Shown here: in pieces, positions 23,783 through 36,600 of the stretch
Position numbering within the stretch: position 1 is the first letter of the stretch
Layout: each line of letters opens with the position of its first letter
Assembly (NCBI GenBank): GCA_002633005.1
Contig: NMRA01000051.1
Location: forward strand, 363,968 to 420,480
DNA: 56,513 nucleotides
Source: Phoronis australis
Taxonomy: Eukaryota > Animalia > Phoronida
Reading direction: 5' to 3'
Translations under genes and position numbers: made by a program
The notes under the pieces: model-generated
Told to the model about the DNA's origin: nothing
The model's input: the letters and a program-made list of their open reading frames with translations, nothing else
The model's database searches: none

Positions 23783-24535
23783 ATGTTGGTAGCAATGTTC
23801 GCAAGTATTCTTTCGGCAACAGTACTGGGTACGGTTTGGTATTCATCTGCTGCAATGGGTAGACTATGGGCCGTTAACGCCTTTCCAGGGAAACGATACG
23901 AGGACATCGAAAAGAAAGGATCTTTTATGGCATACCTGTTCACAATCGCAGCAAACGCACTGTTGTCGATTTTGGCGAGCTACTTTCTCAGGTATAAAAA
24001 GGTCAATTCACAGATGGAATTAGTTCTCTAATTAACTTAGAGCAGCAAGGACAACATTTAATGTTCAAATTATGTTTATTGATAAGTGCACGCTACTTTC
24101 CAAGGTGGTCTGGCTCAATTCTTAATAAACGCATGTTCCACACTGCTATTTGTTCGTTGTCTTCCTCCTGGAATCACTCAGACTACATGGCTGCCAATGA
24201 AACTGAAGTTATGAGAACTACTAGACCTTCTTCATACATATGGTAGACCTAGAAATGCCCATGAATGTTAACCCTAGTTAGTCACACCTCAAATCCATTG
24301 TTTAATCTATCTGAGGTCGTGCTGAGCAGCTTTTTGTATTTTTTGTAGACTACTGGGCGTCCAAAGTGCTACTGGGGCCATGCAGGGAGCTTGTTTGTTG
24401 GCGATAGCGTCTAGTTTGACCCAGATCAGTCACTACGCGTTCGAGGAGAAAACCTTCGCCCATTACGCAATTAACATCGGGTTTGATGCAGCGGTAGTAT
24501 TCGTTGTCACCATGATAACGTACACATTATCTTGA
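23783..24535 (+). CDS. DUF1761-like small multi-pass membrane protein, copy A (131 aa, exons 23783-23991 + 24349-24535)
   Basis: MLVAMFASILSATVLGTVWYSSAAMGRLWAVNAFPG...YFLR|LLGVQSATGAMQGACLLAIASSLTQISHYAFEEKTFAHYAINIGFDAAVVFVVTMITYTLS*. LGxxWYS..(F/M)G..W and HY.FE...INxG(F/Y) motifs are typical of DUF1761. Phase-2 GT-AG intron; in-frame stop upstream of the ATG. Confidence 0.8.
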
Positions 24536-27500
24536 CTTTTATAAAGTATGCCTTTTTATAAAAAAATGTGCGTATTGACAGGCACAACTGAATTCAGAAT
24601 TATCACTTAGACTGTGTCGGAGAGTATCCGTCCTGTTCACGCTACAGTGGTAAAGCTTCAAGAAATAGCTCTGTCAAGGGATGATGAATCAGGCATCTAG
24701 TGGGTTAACGAACGAAGAGACCGACTCGGATTCTCCGATTGGTTGGTCGAAAATGACATTCAGACACTTGACTGGTTGAATTTTTAGGAATTACGACCGT
24801 CATGCAATAGCAAGAAACTTATTGGGTTGCATAAGGCATATTCACATACGAAGTTCTTGTCCTAAGCTAAGGCACCAACTAATAACACAGATCGAACGAT
24901 TCACTTCTTTAACATCCATTTGCTTAGAACAAACGAGTTTTATGGCCTGGTCATCCATTCAGCCAAAAGTAGTTCCAGAGGTGGCTTATCAGCCAATTAT
25001 TCACGCATGCTGACTCACAATAGAAGCCTGATAAAAGTGAAGGTGGATAAATGCGGTGTTCCTACAGTTTCTTGTTTTAGTGGATGTGTTCACGACATGG
25101 TACAAATTATGCACTGATGGCCAAACACGCCGGGACTCTACGTGTCAAAGTACCATCACGACATTTCCACATTGCAATGCACGGGCGTTAGAGGTTATTT
25201 GTGTAGGAAAGAAAGTTTCAGAAAGCTGATTTTTTTGGTCAATAGTTCATGCTGAGGATCCAATCAAGAATCAGAAAATACCCCAAAATCTACGCCTTGG
25301 TTCTGCAAAATTAACATAAATGGCATATCGAAAAGAAGCTTCTCGTTGAATTACCTTTTTTGCTAAGCTTTAACTAAAGATAAGGAGGACTTGAAAAGGC
25401 TATATTGAGCTGACCTGTTATTTGGTAAGGCTTTGCATTTGCCAGTGGAAAGTTCTAGGTCAAGATCAAAAGCGAAACCTTTCAAGATTTTTTGAATTTT
25501 TCTTGCGTTTTATTGTATATGGTTTTAGCTAACTGCAATTTAAAAGCTTCGGGTGACAGTTTGGCTTTGTTATTTAAGAGTTTGATCAATAAATCTCGAA
25601 TATGGTGAACAAAATGGCTACCAGGCGGGAAATAAAAAAAATATTGAAAACAGCGAAGTAAACATGACGAACCGATATAAACTTAGTATTATATTTACTG
25701 TGTAATAAGTCAAAATACAAACACAAGCTGCTCACATTACAAGTAACTTAGAAGCTGTTGGCGCCGACAATTCCCACACGGGGTTGTGCATAATTAGTCT
25801 AATTTGCATAGGGTCTACTAATGAGGCGAAAAGAAGTTTCTCCTTAAGGTTATCTAGGTTCTTAATAAACGACCTCAACTGTATATCAAATATCGAAAAA
25901 TGTTTGCTGACGGTTGCTTCAGCGCAAAAACTTCCTCTGATCCTCTTTTTAGGGACTGTGGCCGCCATATCTTGTTTTGAAGTTACTTGACACAGCACTA
26001 CCCTCAGAAGTATTAACTGTGGGAAATCTGTATGAACTACATGATCAGAAAAAATATCTTGTCTCTGTGACCACTGACCACAAGTATCAGCCATATTCCT
26101 TTTTTCGCACACACAGGCGCTAGACGTCTCTACGATCCATAAAACAACAATGGCCGCCAGTGGCCGTCCAATAGGATTTCGCTAGGTGAAACGTCTCCCT
26201 CTCCACGGTCTCTAGCTGTTGCCACCCTTCCACAGATAGCGCTGTGCCAAACAAGCACACTCACGGTGGGCAGGGATAACTCCGGAAATTATGTAGATAC
26301 AGTGTATACTGCTGAATAGAGCGGCTACTTGACTCAGGTAGCCCTGAAACAGGTCCGCATTCCCAAACGTCCGACATTTGCGGCGAAAAAATGTGGTTTA
26401 CTGGTCGGAATCAGAAATTTCCCCGGTGGATCTCTACTAGATGGCATGTGGATGTTCAGCAAACTTGGGTGGGAGGAATTCATACGCAGAATGGTGCATG
26501 TGGACCATGACCCTTTTGTGTCTCTGAGGTTACATGCACGCTGGCGCCCATATAGTGGAGGTCTGAACGAACAGTTGGTGGAAACAAGGAGTGTACGTAG
26601 AATAACACTCCTTTGTGGAAAGCCTAGGCCTAGTGGCAATGGAGCCAGGCTGACACTGAGGCGAAACAATTTGTATTAGGACGCTGAGTCCTTGTTTTTT
26701 CATATGTAGAAACAAAATGTCCGAAAAAATGAATGATATATATCAACTTAATTCATGTACATAATTTCAAATGTGATATTGAATGATTGTCAGTCACCAA
26801 TCAGTAGTTAGAGTTGTGAAACCGTTGCCGGCTCAGTATGGAATGGATTTGGTGTCTTTTTAACATGAAACTCTACGGAAAGTTTTCAAGCAACTCTTGT
26901 CAATAGTTCTGGCTATGCCAGTGAGCCACAGAGTAATATTTACTATATCAAGTGCCCTGAACTATTTCACACCAGTTAATCAAAACAGTTTTGTCAAATG
27001 AGAAAATCAGGCAAGAAAAGCTGCCTAAAAATTGTTGTAGCTGGGTTTTGGGAAAATTTTTATAGACTGTTCATGTACAGCGGGTACCCCGGTAATACGC
27101 ACCATTGGCAACAATGGTAATCAAAACAGCGTGTCGAAACTTGTGGCATCCATTCATGATCTACTGAAATACGTCGTACATGCTTTTTTCAAATAGATGA
27201 TCATACACCTGTATATAAACTGTGTATTTACCACGAGTCATCGCGTTTAACGTCTTTTCCACGAAATTGCATTAATTTTGCCCGTGGTGGAAATGTAATC
27301 AGCTTGTACTGCTGTTACCCGAACGAAGCAGCGCCAGATTGGATGTGTGTATTTTAAGTACCTCCAAATTTGCCTGAATATGTAATTAAATTTGTCACAT
27401 CTTGCCCTTCAATTTTGCCTAAAACTCGTCCAAATTTGAAAGCTATAATGATTAGCTTCCTGTCTTGTGTACAACTCATTTGTCTATTGAAATCCAAAGG

Positions 27501-28508
27501 AACCTAGCTCAGCATAGGGACATTCTCTGTGAAGAAAGTAATTTTTCAGAAATTTCAGTTAGCGTCAGTATCGAACCCACTAACTCAGTATGTCTGTTGT
27601 ATGTCACAATCCATGATTTACGCACTCTTTCCGCAGCATGGAACTTTGCACCTACATATACAAAACGACATACCGCAGTGCATCTGCAGTTTCACCGCTG
27701 GTGAGGAAAACCAATGCCGTCGCATTTCCATCGCAGCTGTAGGTGTTCCCGGAACTATAGAAATAACACATTATATAGTGAGGCCGGCATTTTGAGTTAG
27801 TTTTGATGACACAACAGTGTAAATCCAGAGCAACTTTCTTGGGGAAGCGGCTCCCGGCTACTAAGTTTACCCGTCACACGAGAACATAACTTCGAAGTGA
27901 TGGTCTTAGCGATTTTGTCCAAGAAATGATCAAAGATAGTAGTGAAGAATTGCACCTGCTTGTTGGTGCTACGTATACTTTACCTTTTTCATGTTCTGGA
28001 GTTCAGAGCCACTGAGCTAATTATGGTATACATCATGATAATAACACAAGACAAACCAATCTAACGAGGCTAACTTGTCATTCTTTATTTTATGTTGATT
28101 AATTTCATTTGTCTGTGTGTGTGCTAAATAGGTGAAAAATTGCGGTACAACTACTAAAATTACGAGTTGCGAATAAATATTGCTGTTTAATAGCTATATT
28201 TTGCTGCTATCGTTGTCCCATTTTCACCGGCACACACTACCTCTCTCACCTCTCGCCAATCTCTGACCTGACCTGGTGGACAGAGGTCAGTTCATGAAAC
28301 AATGACAACGTCATGCGCGCTGCCATCGCCACGCCGTAAAGAAAATAATGACAAGTTTGTGGCATCTAGAGTTACGAGGTCACACGGATCGAGCAGGCCT
28401 GGACTGGCATAGTCAAGGTGTTTAGATTTAAAGTAGGCCGACAATGCACTATTAAAGCAGAAAATCCCCGACATTTCACAGGATCTACATGTTCATCGGT
28501 ACCTCAAC

Positions 28509-29609
28509 ATGCTACTGGCGATTGTAGTTAGCATTTTAGGCACGAGTCTACTAGGAACAGCATGGTATTCAGGGGCATTCGGTAGCGTTTGGGCCCGCGA
28601 CGCTTTCCCAGGAAGACGGTATGAGGATTTGGGAAAGAAATCAGCTCACTTTGAATATGCATTGGCAACAATTGCACATGGCTTGCTGTCGGTGGTGTCC
28701 ACGTACGTCATCAGGTAGGTTCCTCCGGGTGTCACAGTTCCGTTGGTGACTGCTGCAATACATGTAGATCAAAACGAACTTGACAACAACGGCTGTAGGC
28801 TACCTTTCAAAAGCCTTCTCGGGAGGATTCTGACGGCGAGTCACGATAAAAATGCAACAACAGACGTAAAATTAATCATGTTCAATGAAATCATGAAATT
28901 TCTGGAAAAATACAAAGTCCTTAGTGGTGAGATGGGGACACGTATGTTTGTTATAAAAGTAGACTTTAATTGGCTGTCTTGTACACTTCCAACTGATGAA
29001 AATCTGCGGTCAGTGCTTGAGAACTACCTAATAACAACTATAGCGCCTCAGTTTTCGGCTGGCTTGTGCAAATTAAAACGTATATTTTAAGCATATGTTT
29101 TAGTGATATTCCGTCACTTTTTGTACAAATTGCTTGATGAGGTGGCAAACTAACAACTGAGGCAAAGTGGACTAAAAACTTGTCTCCGGTATCCCAGCAA
29201 GATTTAGGCGTTTCAGATTAAGCTCGTCGTTGAATTGTCGGACGTACTGAGGCGTATCGTTTTGAAAAAAAAAAATAACGCACTGGTATATGCTACGCTT
29301 TTAAACCTTTCTGAAACTTCCCGGTGTAGCTAATCTATACTCTCTAGCTAGACTGTCAATCTCTGTCATTTTTTAGAGTTCCCTGGCATGTAATGTGATA
29401 GGTGTTGTAATTGCCATTACAGATTACTAGGCGTCCACGACCTTTATGGCCTCCTGCAAGTAGCAGCTGTGATGATCACCGTCGCCAGTTTGACAAAGAT
29501 CAGTCACTACGCCTTTGAGGAGAAAACTGCCACCCATTACGTCATTAACGCCGGATTTGATGCCATGGCTATTCTTATTGTAACCTTCTCGAGTTATTTC
29601 TTTTCGTAA
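28509..29609 (+). CDS. DUF1761-like small multi-pass membrane protein, copy B (130 aa, exons 28509-28714 + 29423-29609)
   Basis: MLLAIVVSILGTSLLGTAWYSGAFGSVWARDAFPG...YVIR|LLGVHDLYGLLQVAAVMITVASLTKISHYAFEEKTATHYVINAGFDAMAILIVTFSSYFFS*. Paralog of copy A with the same intron position and a 187-nt second exon. Confidence 0.8.
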
Positions 29610-29727
29610 AGAACACAATGGAAAACAAAGGCTCCGAGAAAATTATTTGGTTTTCTTAACAGTGACTTTCGTAGGTATTAAACTTTGTGCTGCCACATGA
29701 ATCTGGTCTTTGCTGAATTGACTTGAT

Positions 29728-29785
29728 GACACACACACGGACGCACGCACGCACACACGCACGCACACGCGAACACACATATATA
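29728..29785. repeat. (CA)n/(CGCA)n microsatellite
   Basis: acacacacggacgcacgcacgcacacacgc... Confidence 0.8.
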
Positions 29786-30097
29786 ATATGCTTTTTCAAA
29801 TTTTGCTTCAAGCCCAGAGTGTAAACTGTAACTGTTATTTTTGCCGTTAAAAATCTGTCAACTAGCTCATTGCCATATCTTTCTCATCCATTCCACATAG
29901 GCCTGCCTACTCTTACATCTTTTGTCGATCAACTTATGACCTTATGACCTATGTTCAATTTAGGAACATTTCCCAAACGATAGATTTACTCCCTTTTGAT
30001 GTTAACCGCTTCAAAGTCGACTCGCATCTTTCGTGGACTCGGTTATTAAAATGCTTATTCCACAACCAATCAACACTTTCCGTGAAATACAACATTA

Positions 30098-30601
30098 CGG
30101 CGTTTTCCCGTTGCTCCCATCTTGTTCGATTCTACAGCCCAACAACAAGTTGGGAAGATCTCCCCCGTAACCAATATCTTACACGACTGATTAACTCCAC
30201 CCTGGTATTTATGGTGTAGGCCGGCTCTCTTTTGTTCGATAATTGCTGCAATCTCCGATCAGATCGTATAAGCCTCACTGGACTTTGCTGCTAAAAATGA
30301 AAGTTAAGTTGGTGATTCAAAAACTAATCATGGCCAGCATTCGACAAGGAATTCAGAAAATCAATGCTATTGGTTTATGTTCAAATATGTTATAACTTAA
30401 CTTTCATTTTAGCAGCACAGCACAGTTAGGCTAGATACGATCTGATCGGAGATTAGAGTAATTGTCGAACAACTGGCCTTCCAAACATAAATGCCACAAT
30501 GGAGTTAATTAGTCGTGTAAGATATTGGCTACATGGGTGATCTTCCCAACTTGTTGTTAAGCTATAGAATCGAACAAGTTGGGAGTAACGGGAAAACGCC
30601 G
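30098..30601. mobile_element. MITE/foldback element with ~210-bp inverted arms
   Basis: 30098-30310 is an imperfect reverse complement of 30394-30601 (CGGCGTTTTCCCG...CGGGAAAACGCCG). A partial copy lies at ~53670-53893. Confidence 0.8.
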
Positions 30602-31466
30602 CAAGTGCAGATTCCGGTATATAAGATCTTTTATTTTTCGAGAATAGCTCACCAAGGGCGGAGGGGAGGTGGGCCTAAGTGTCGAGGTGACAAGAAACTC
30701 GTTAAATTTCTGCTTCAATATCTTTCTTGGCAGTTTCAAGTGAGGCACTCCTGAAAACAAACCCCCCATTTAGCCTTGTATTCAATCGCTCTATTTTGAC
30801 CGGAGAAATAAAGAATGTTATAAATTGGCACAGAATGCATTAATAAGTTTCGACAAGTTTATGGCGGATTCCGAAACTGATGATTTTACAAACCGCTTGC
30901 CTCCTGAAATTGAATTCCCCCTAAACATGCTACACTTTTAACCAGATAAGGAAGAAAGGGAAAAAGGGGTTTGAGTTTTTGTTCCTTGTAGCTGTGACTC
31001 TTCATTTGAACCGCGGTAGATAATTGGTCTGATAGTCGTGATGCGGACCAAAGAGCAAGGGCATGTTAACAACGGCCCCCTGGGCACGCTTCGATTTGGA
31101 AACCGTGTGTAGAGTTGAAACTAAAAGCAAGGTTTTGTAATGTACCACGGCCACAGTCGCTTTCTTCGAGTCCACTCTCATAAAGAACAGGAATCATTTT
31201 CCAAGTGCACACCGTCAAAAATCGTCGAGTATTTAACGCGGGGAGAAGGTGCCAGAAATAGTCGCACGGGAGTGAAGTCTGCGTTCACAACTTTTAATAA
31301 TTGTCAAGATCCAAAATTAAACCACGAAGTTTCGAGATTCATTTATTTAACAGGTCAGTCGTGTCGTAATACAATAAAATAAATACACCATGTTCAACTC
31401 CTTAACAGCCTCACAGTACAGCAGTGGCTTGCTTTCATTGAATTCAGTGCAACAACGGGCATGTTC

Positions 31467-31758
31467 CAGGGGCGGATCCAGGATTTTGAGGTGGGGGGGG
31501 CAGGGCACAGGCAGAATTTCGCCACATGCGCGCGCCCAGCCTAAAATATAGGGGTGCAGGGCTCTCGAATTTTTGGGTTTGTGAACCTTATTACCAAAAA
31601 AAGCCTATGCATTGTGCGTCGCCCCCCCCCCAGCACCCTGGGTGCGCGCGCATGTGCTAGTCAGCAGTTCGCACCCCGTACTGCCAAATGGTATCTGGGA
31701 GAATTTTAGGGGGGCCATGGCACCCTTGACCCACCCCACCCCCCTAAATCCGCCACTG
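31467..31758. mobile_element. Non-autonomous DNA transposon, CAG termini, 5-bp TSD
   Basis: TGTTC|CAGGGGCGGATCCAG ... TAAATCCGCCACTG|TGTTC. Confidence 0.75.
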
Positions 31759-33064
31759 TGTTCAGTGAAAAGAAAAAGCGGATTATAACAAAACCATCAG
31801 TGAGATTCAACTCTGTTACCAGTTCATCACAGTAGTATGAATTGATGTTTCCAGCACCAACATACATGTAGTTGGACTGATTACAACCACTGCCTTGCGA
31901 ACTTGAGATGTCGAAACCGAAAATCAGGGTGCGAAATGCGGATCATCTGAGCATATGCGCGCATCCAGGGGGTTCGGGTGGGGGGGGGGGCGAATGCACA
32001 ATGCGCAGGCCTTGAACAAACTCCGATTTTTTTGTAATAAGGTCCACTCGAAATGCTGGATCCCCCTGGGTCATACATGTCAATAACCGTGAATACTTTG
32101 AGCTGAGCCTAGCCACTTAACAATGTGTACCAACTTACAGTTGGTAATACCACCACCACAAATAGGATAAAATGAATAACAATAGACCTAAATACAACCC
32201 TTTACAACCCTTTGGAATAAAAGTTGAAATCAGTTTTCTTAGTCTGCCAAACGGGCAAGTATGACCGACCTGACGTATAAGGGAGTTACACATGGGAAAG
32301 ATGACCCATCAAGAACCAAAATATCCAATCTGTGACACTGAAAGTGTGAAATTTTAGTTGAATCTTGCTTTTATCATTCAAGTGGGATGCCAGACATGCA
32401 ATAGCAGGTGACAGAACGAGGACTGGATGAATTTATAAAAACATGGTTCAGCATCATTTAAAGTAAATCGGGAGATTATGGGATTATTTTTATCTCCTAT
32501 TTTGTGCCTGTCTGTGCTGAAATTTCATATGCTCACCACCTGAAAAATGGTTCAAGGAACTCGGTTCAAGACTCCATTACATGTTCATCAGAACATCAAA
32601 GACCTCACAACCAGTGTAATTAATAAAATTGAATTATCTAAGGCAATGAAAAAGGATAACACAAGAACGTACCTGAGAAAAAGTGACACTATATAGATTA
32701 TCTAGACGCAAATTTGTTAAAACAGATTAATTTCAACAATAACCTGTAAAAGCATAATAGAAAATTCATCTTATAAATTAAAGTATTTTCAATGCCTTAA
32801 TTAGTGCTCAGATGTTCCATACCTACTACGGAGCCTGCCACATCAAACTAATTCTCAGCTCAATGACAATCTCAAAAACAGGAGAAAAAACTGTGGGAAC
32901 ATCACGAGCAATCAACGCTCATGAGGGAAAGCAGATTGGAGACATGTTTTGGGCCATTGAACATGCTCGTTACTGACTGCCTCCAGTTCGTTGCATCAAG
33001 ACGCTCAGATGAGCTTGGGCATTCCAAGTTTGATGAGACAGGGTCCTAGAGGACCACAATCAAA

Positions 33065-33152
33065 CCAGTGACATCACACAACATTACAGCCAGTAACATC
33101 ACAACCCGTGACATCACAACCAGTGACATCACAACCAGTGACATCACAACCA
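33065..33152. repeat. 15-bp tandem repeat (CCAGTGACATCACAA)n, ~5 copies, in the predicted RNF144 3' UTR
   Basis: Directly visible. Confidence 0.8.
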
Positions 33153-33493
33153 TTGTCGATGGAATACTTCAAAAATGAAACAGTTCAATCTATTGACAAG
33201 TACATGAGTTTTCAAAAGAGTGGATAAAATACAATGAAATACATCTGGCTTAATCAAGTTATGGAAGAAAAAAACAGATGAATTGTAAAACTAAATATTT
33301 GAAAATTAATCACAAACCTTTGCTTCAAAATTTTGTCAAGGTGTAACTATAACTTAACAAGATGGACAACTCTCCTCAACATATCCAAAGCACTGCCCAT
33401 CATTTCAACAGGCCAAATACACAGACCAATATTCAAGTATCCCAACAGGGTACAGTACGCCAGGACCTTACATGCACTTTGCTTTGGCTACCA

Positions 33494-33634
33494 TCATTTT
33501 TTCTCTGTCGTTTCCTCAGGGCTTTCTTCACACTCGCACTTTTTCTTGCAACAGATTATGCAGGGTAATGCTAAAACTAGGAATGGACATGCCACAAGGA
33601 ACAGCAGACTGAACCCAGCAAACACGCCAACCAC
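33494..33634 (-). CDS. RNF144: RNF144 last coding exon (TM segment)
   Basis: [46 protein letters not shown]. Confidence 0.9.
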   Translation of the reverse strand: MVGVFAGFSLLFLVACPFLVLALPCIICCKKKCECEESPEETTEKK

Positions 33635-36600
33635 CTGCAATACACACAGGTTTGTATCAAGAATGCCCTATAAACTACATAATATCAACAAGTTTTGAAA
33701 CTCAAGTTTTCAAGTTCAGGTGAGAATGGGATAGGGCTTACGGGCTCTGCCACATCATAGTAGAGGTAGTTCTCATAAAGATATCGAAAATAGGAAAACT
33801 AGTGACTACTGACCATACTGCAGTCTGTGTACTCATGGAATGTACTGCATTTAAGGTATGTTTTTGGCCCAAGTTGTTTATTTCTGTCTATCCCTAACTT
33901 GTTTTAACAAGTTGATCAGACAGACTTGAACATTTTGAGATTAAGTTAGGTACTACAAGGTCCAATGATCCATGAAGGAACCGACAGAGGTACTTCATCA
34001 TTAAGAAGATTTTGGCATTTCCACAGCAAACACAGGGAGATTGTTGAAAATGACTCAATCACGTAACACTGAATAATGTTTTTAGTAATTGAAAGTTCAT
34101 GCAGTGCTGAAACTTAAAACAGTTATTCACTTATTGCAATCTTGTATTATAAATTGACGCCATCTTACATATTGGAATTACTGTGTCATAAATTAATGTA
34201 AAAAGAAGAAAATATTTACTCTTAAAGCAAGTCAGACATAGGTAAACAGTATGGTTTCTCATATGACTTGGAATGTGTTACGATACGACTGGTTAATAAC
34301 ACTGAGTACGTAATTTTTTGATGTTACATGGGCGAACCACAAAGTAGCGCAAAGTAGAAATTCATAAGCTATACATTTTATCGTCTGCAAAACACTAAAA
34401 CAACCAAATGCGTGCCAACCAAGCAATTCCGGAATTCCATGAAGGTGACACGGTTGTGATTGACAAATCAGAAGGACATGCAAACAGCTTCTTAAACGGA
34501 CCCATCTTTGACAGCGAATTCCATAGCCACGTTCATTCAAACAGAGACAAACCTCAACTGAAGAAATGCAGTGAGACTGTCTAGCTGTGCTGTTTCAACG
34601 TCAATTCAGAGCTCATGCACGGGGAAGCCTTGGTGACTGTTCTTTATAAACATTATTTGTTAAGTTTTAATATTACAACTTCAAAGACTATTTATTAGAT
34701 TCTAACTTGAATATTTGCTACGCAAGCAGAATGCAATTTACAATTGTTAATATTAAAATAAAACTATTAGCAAAAAGTAACTGAATTACTTTACATTGTG
34801 CGAGCGTGCTTTTACAAAAGTTGCGTCATGTTATTGAAAGTTTTAGGAACATCACGTTTTTTGGCAAAACAGATCGTTTTTATGGTTTATGTGAGAAAAC
34901 AAATCCAACAACGGTCTCAAGTTTATGACATGAACAAAGCTTCTAAGTAAATTTGGACAAAATTTCTAAGAGGTTTTGCCCATCTCATCAACTTGAGACT
35001 ATATATCACACCAATGGTAATCTACGAGAATGAATTTTAGCAAATTGTGCTTGAGGCGATTTCCAGCTAGCCAATGTGAAAACCAAGTTGCACTAACATG
35101 AAACTATTTTTGTTCTCATATTTGTCAGTATTCAATAGTCAATAAATTAATAAGATGATATTAATTACTTCTCAAAGTGGATCTGTCCACAGTCGAAGTT
35201 ACAAATTCCAACTATAGTCACTACTAGTTTCCTATAAAAACATAAATCAGAAATTGTCACTGATTGGTGTGTCAGCTCCATCTTCTGGAAATGATGAATT
35301 ACAAAAAGTTCTAGTTCACAACAAATATGGGACAAACCTGAATCCGATGCCAAATAATGTTAGCTCTGTTATGACCCAGTTTGTCCTTGCATGGGCCGCT
35401 GTCATAATGCCTCAGCATGAAATCAGTCTGAAAAACAATGACATTCAGCAGATACAGCCTACAGGTTCATAGTACCCAACTGGTGCATGATAAACAGAAA
35501 GTCTAAATCAGGTGCTTAATGTAGTTTCAAAATAATATTCCAACTACAGTGGGCATTGCAGTAAGGGTAACTGTTGTATTTGTTTGAAAATTATTAGGTG
35601 GTAATCATTCATTACCAGACAGTTAATAAGCAAACATTGCTAACTTCAATTCAATGTCAATCAAGCAAAATCAAAAATTACCACTAAGGCGGGTGCCACA
35701 CTATCTTCAATCACCAAAGGTGCACATTTCCACCCGTTTCTAACCAGGTTCATCAACTGAGATAGTCAGATGGGCTCAGATGTTCTGAGAAAGAGCTTGT
35801 TGTGATAATACTTTCATATTTTAGGCTTGGAAGGGTAACTAGTCCCCGCAGTTGTTTGGGCGGTTCAAGTCATTGGACCAGTGTACTTCATACACAACAG
35901 TCCTTCTGAAATTGACAGGTGTTTTACCAGGGATCACTTAGTCATATAAGTATTGTAGTTGGCCAATGTATGTAAACACAGCTTAAAAGAGTTTGTGGTC
36001 CTGACTCAGAGGACAATTGTTTACTGCCCCCTGTTGGCACTGAATAGTCCAGCCTGGAATGTTCAATAAATTCAACAGTTCAGTTGTATGTAGCCTACCT
36101 CAAGACTCTGTAAGCAGTACCAGCAGAAGAGATGATGACATCGTTTGCAGAGCATCTGAGCACAGCCTTTATCTCGCTCAATTAGAACATGACACTTGGG
36201 ACAACGTTTGATATCGGAGTTTTCAGGGGAGACTCTAAAAATGAAGTCACAGATGTGGAAACTATAAAAACTGAGAATTGCCAGCTATGAGTTCCTTTTT
36301 TTCTCGCCACCCTACACATTCAATAAAAATTTATTAGACACAGTGCTTAATCAACAGCTATTGAGAAATTATGGAAGATGATAATTATAACGTTACAAGC
36401 CAAAGTATTCAGGCAAAATGACTAAGCTAGATCAGGAGCTTTTTCCTCTAAGGACATCAAAAGAAATTTTAGCGACAGTAAGGTTAGCCACAGTCAACTC
36501 AAGCCCATTCAAAACAGCATGCCCATCAATCTTTGTTAGAAATCAGTGCACCTATGAGATTGGGCTTGTTTCATTGGAGACACAAAGGGTATGGTAATGC

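Noticed and set aside
26329-26715. Overlapping 111-116-aa ORFs on both strands
   Set aside because: No motif or splice support; a locally GC-richer patch that is probably repeat-derived.
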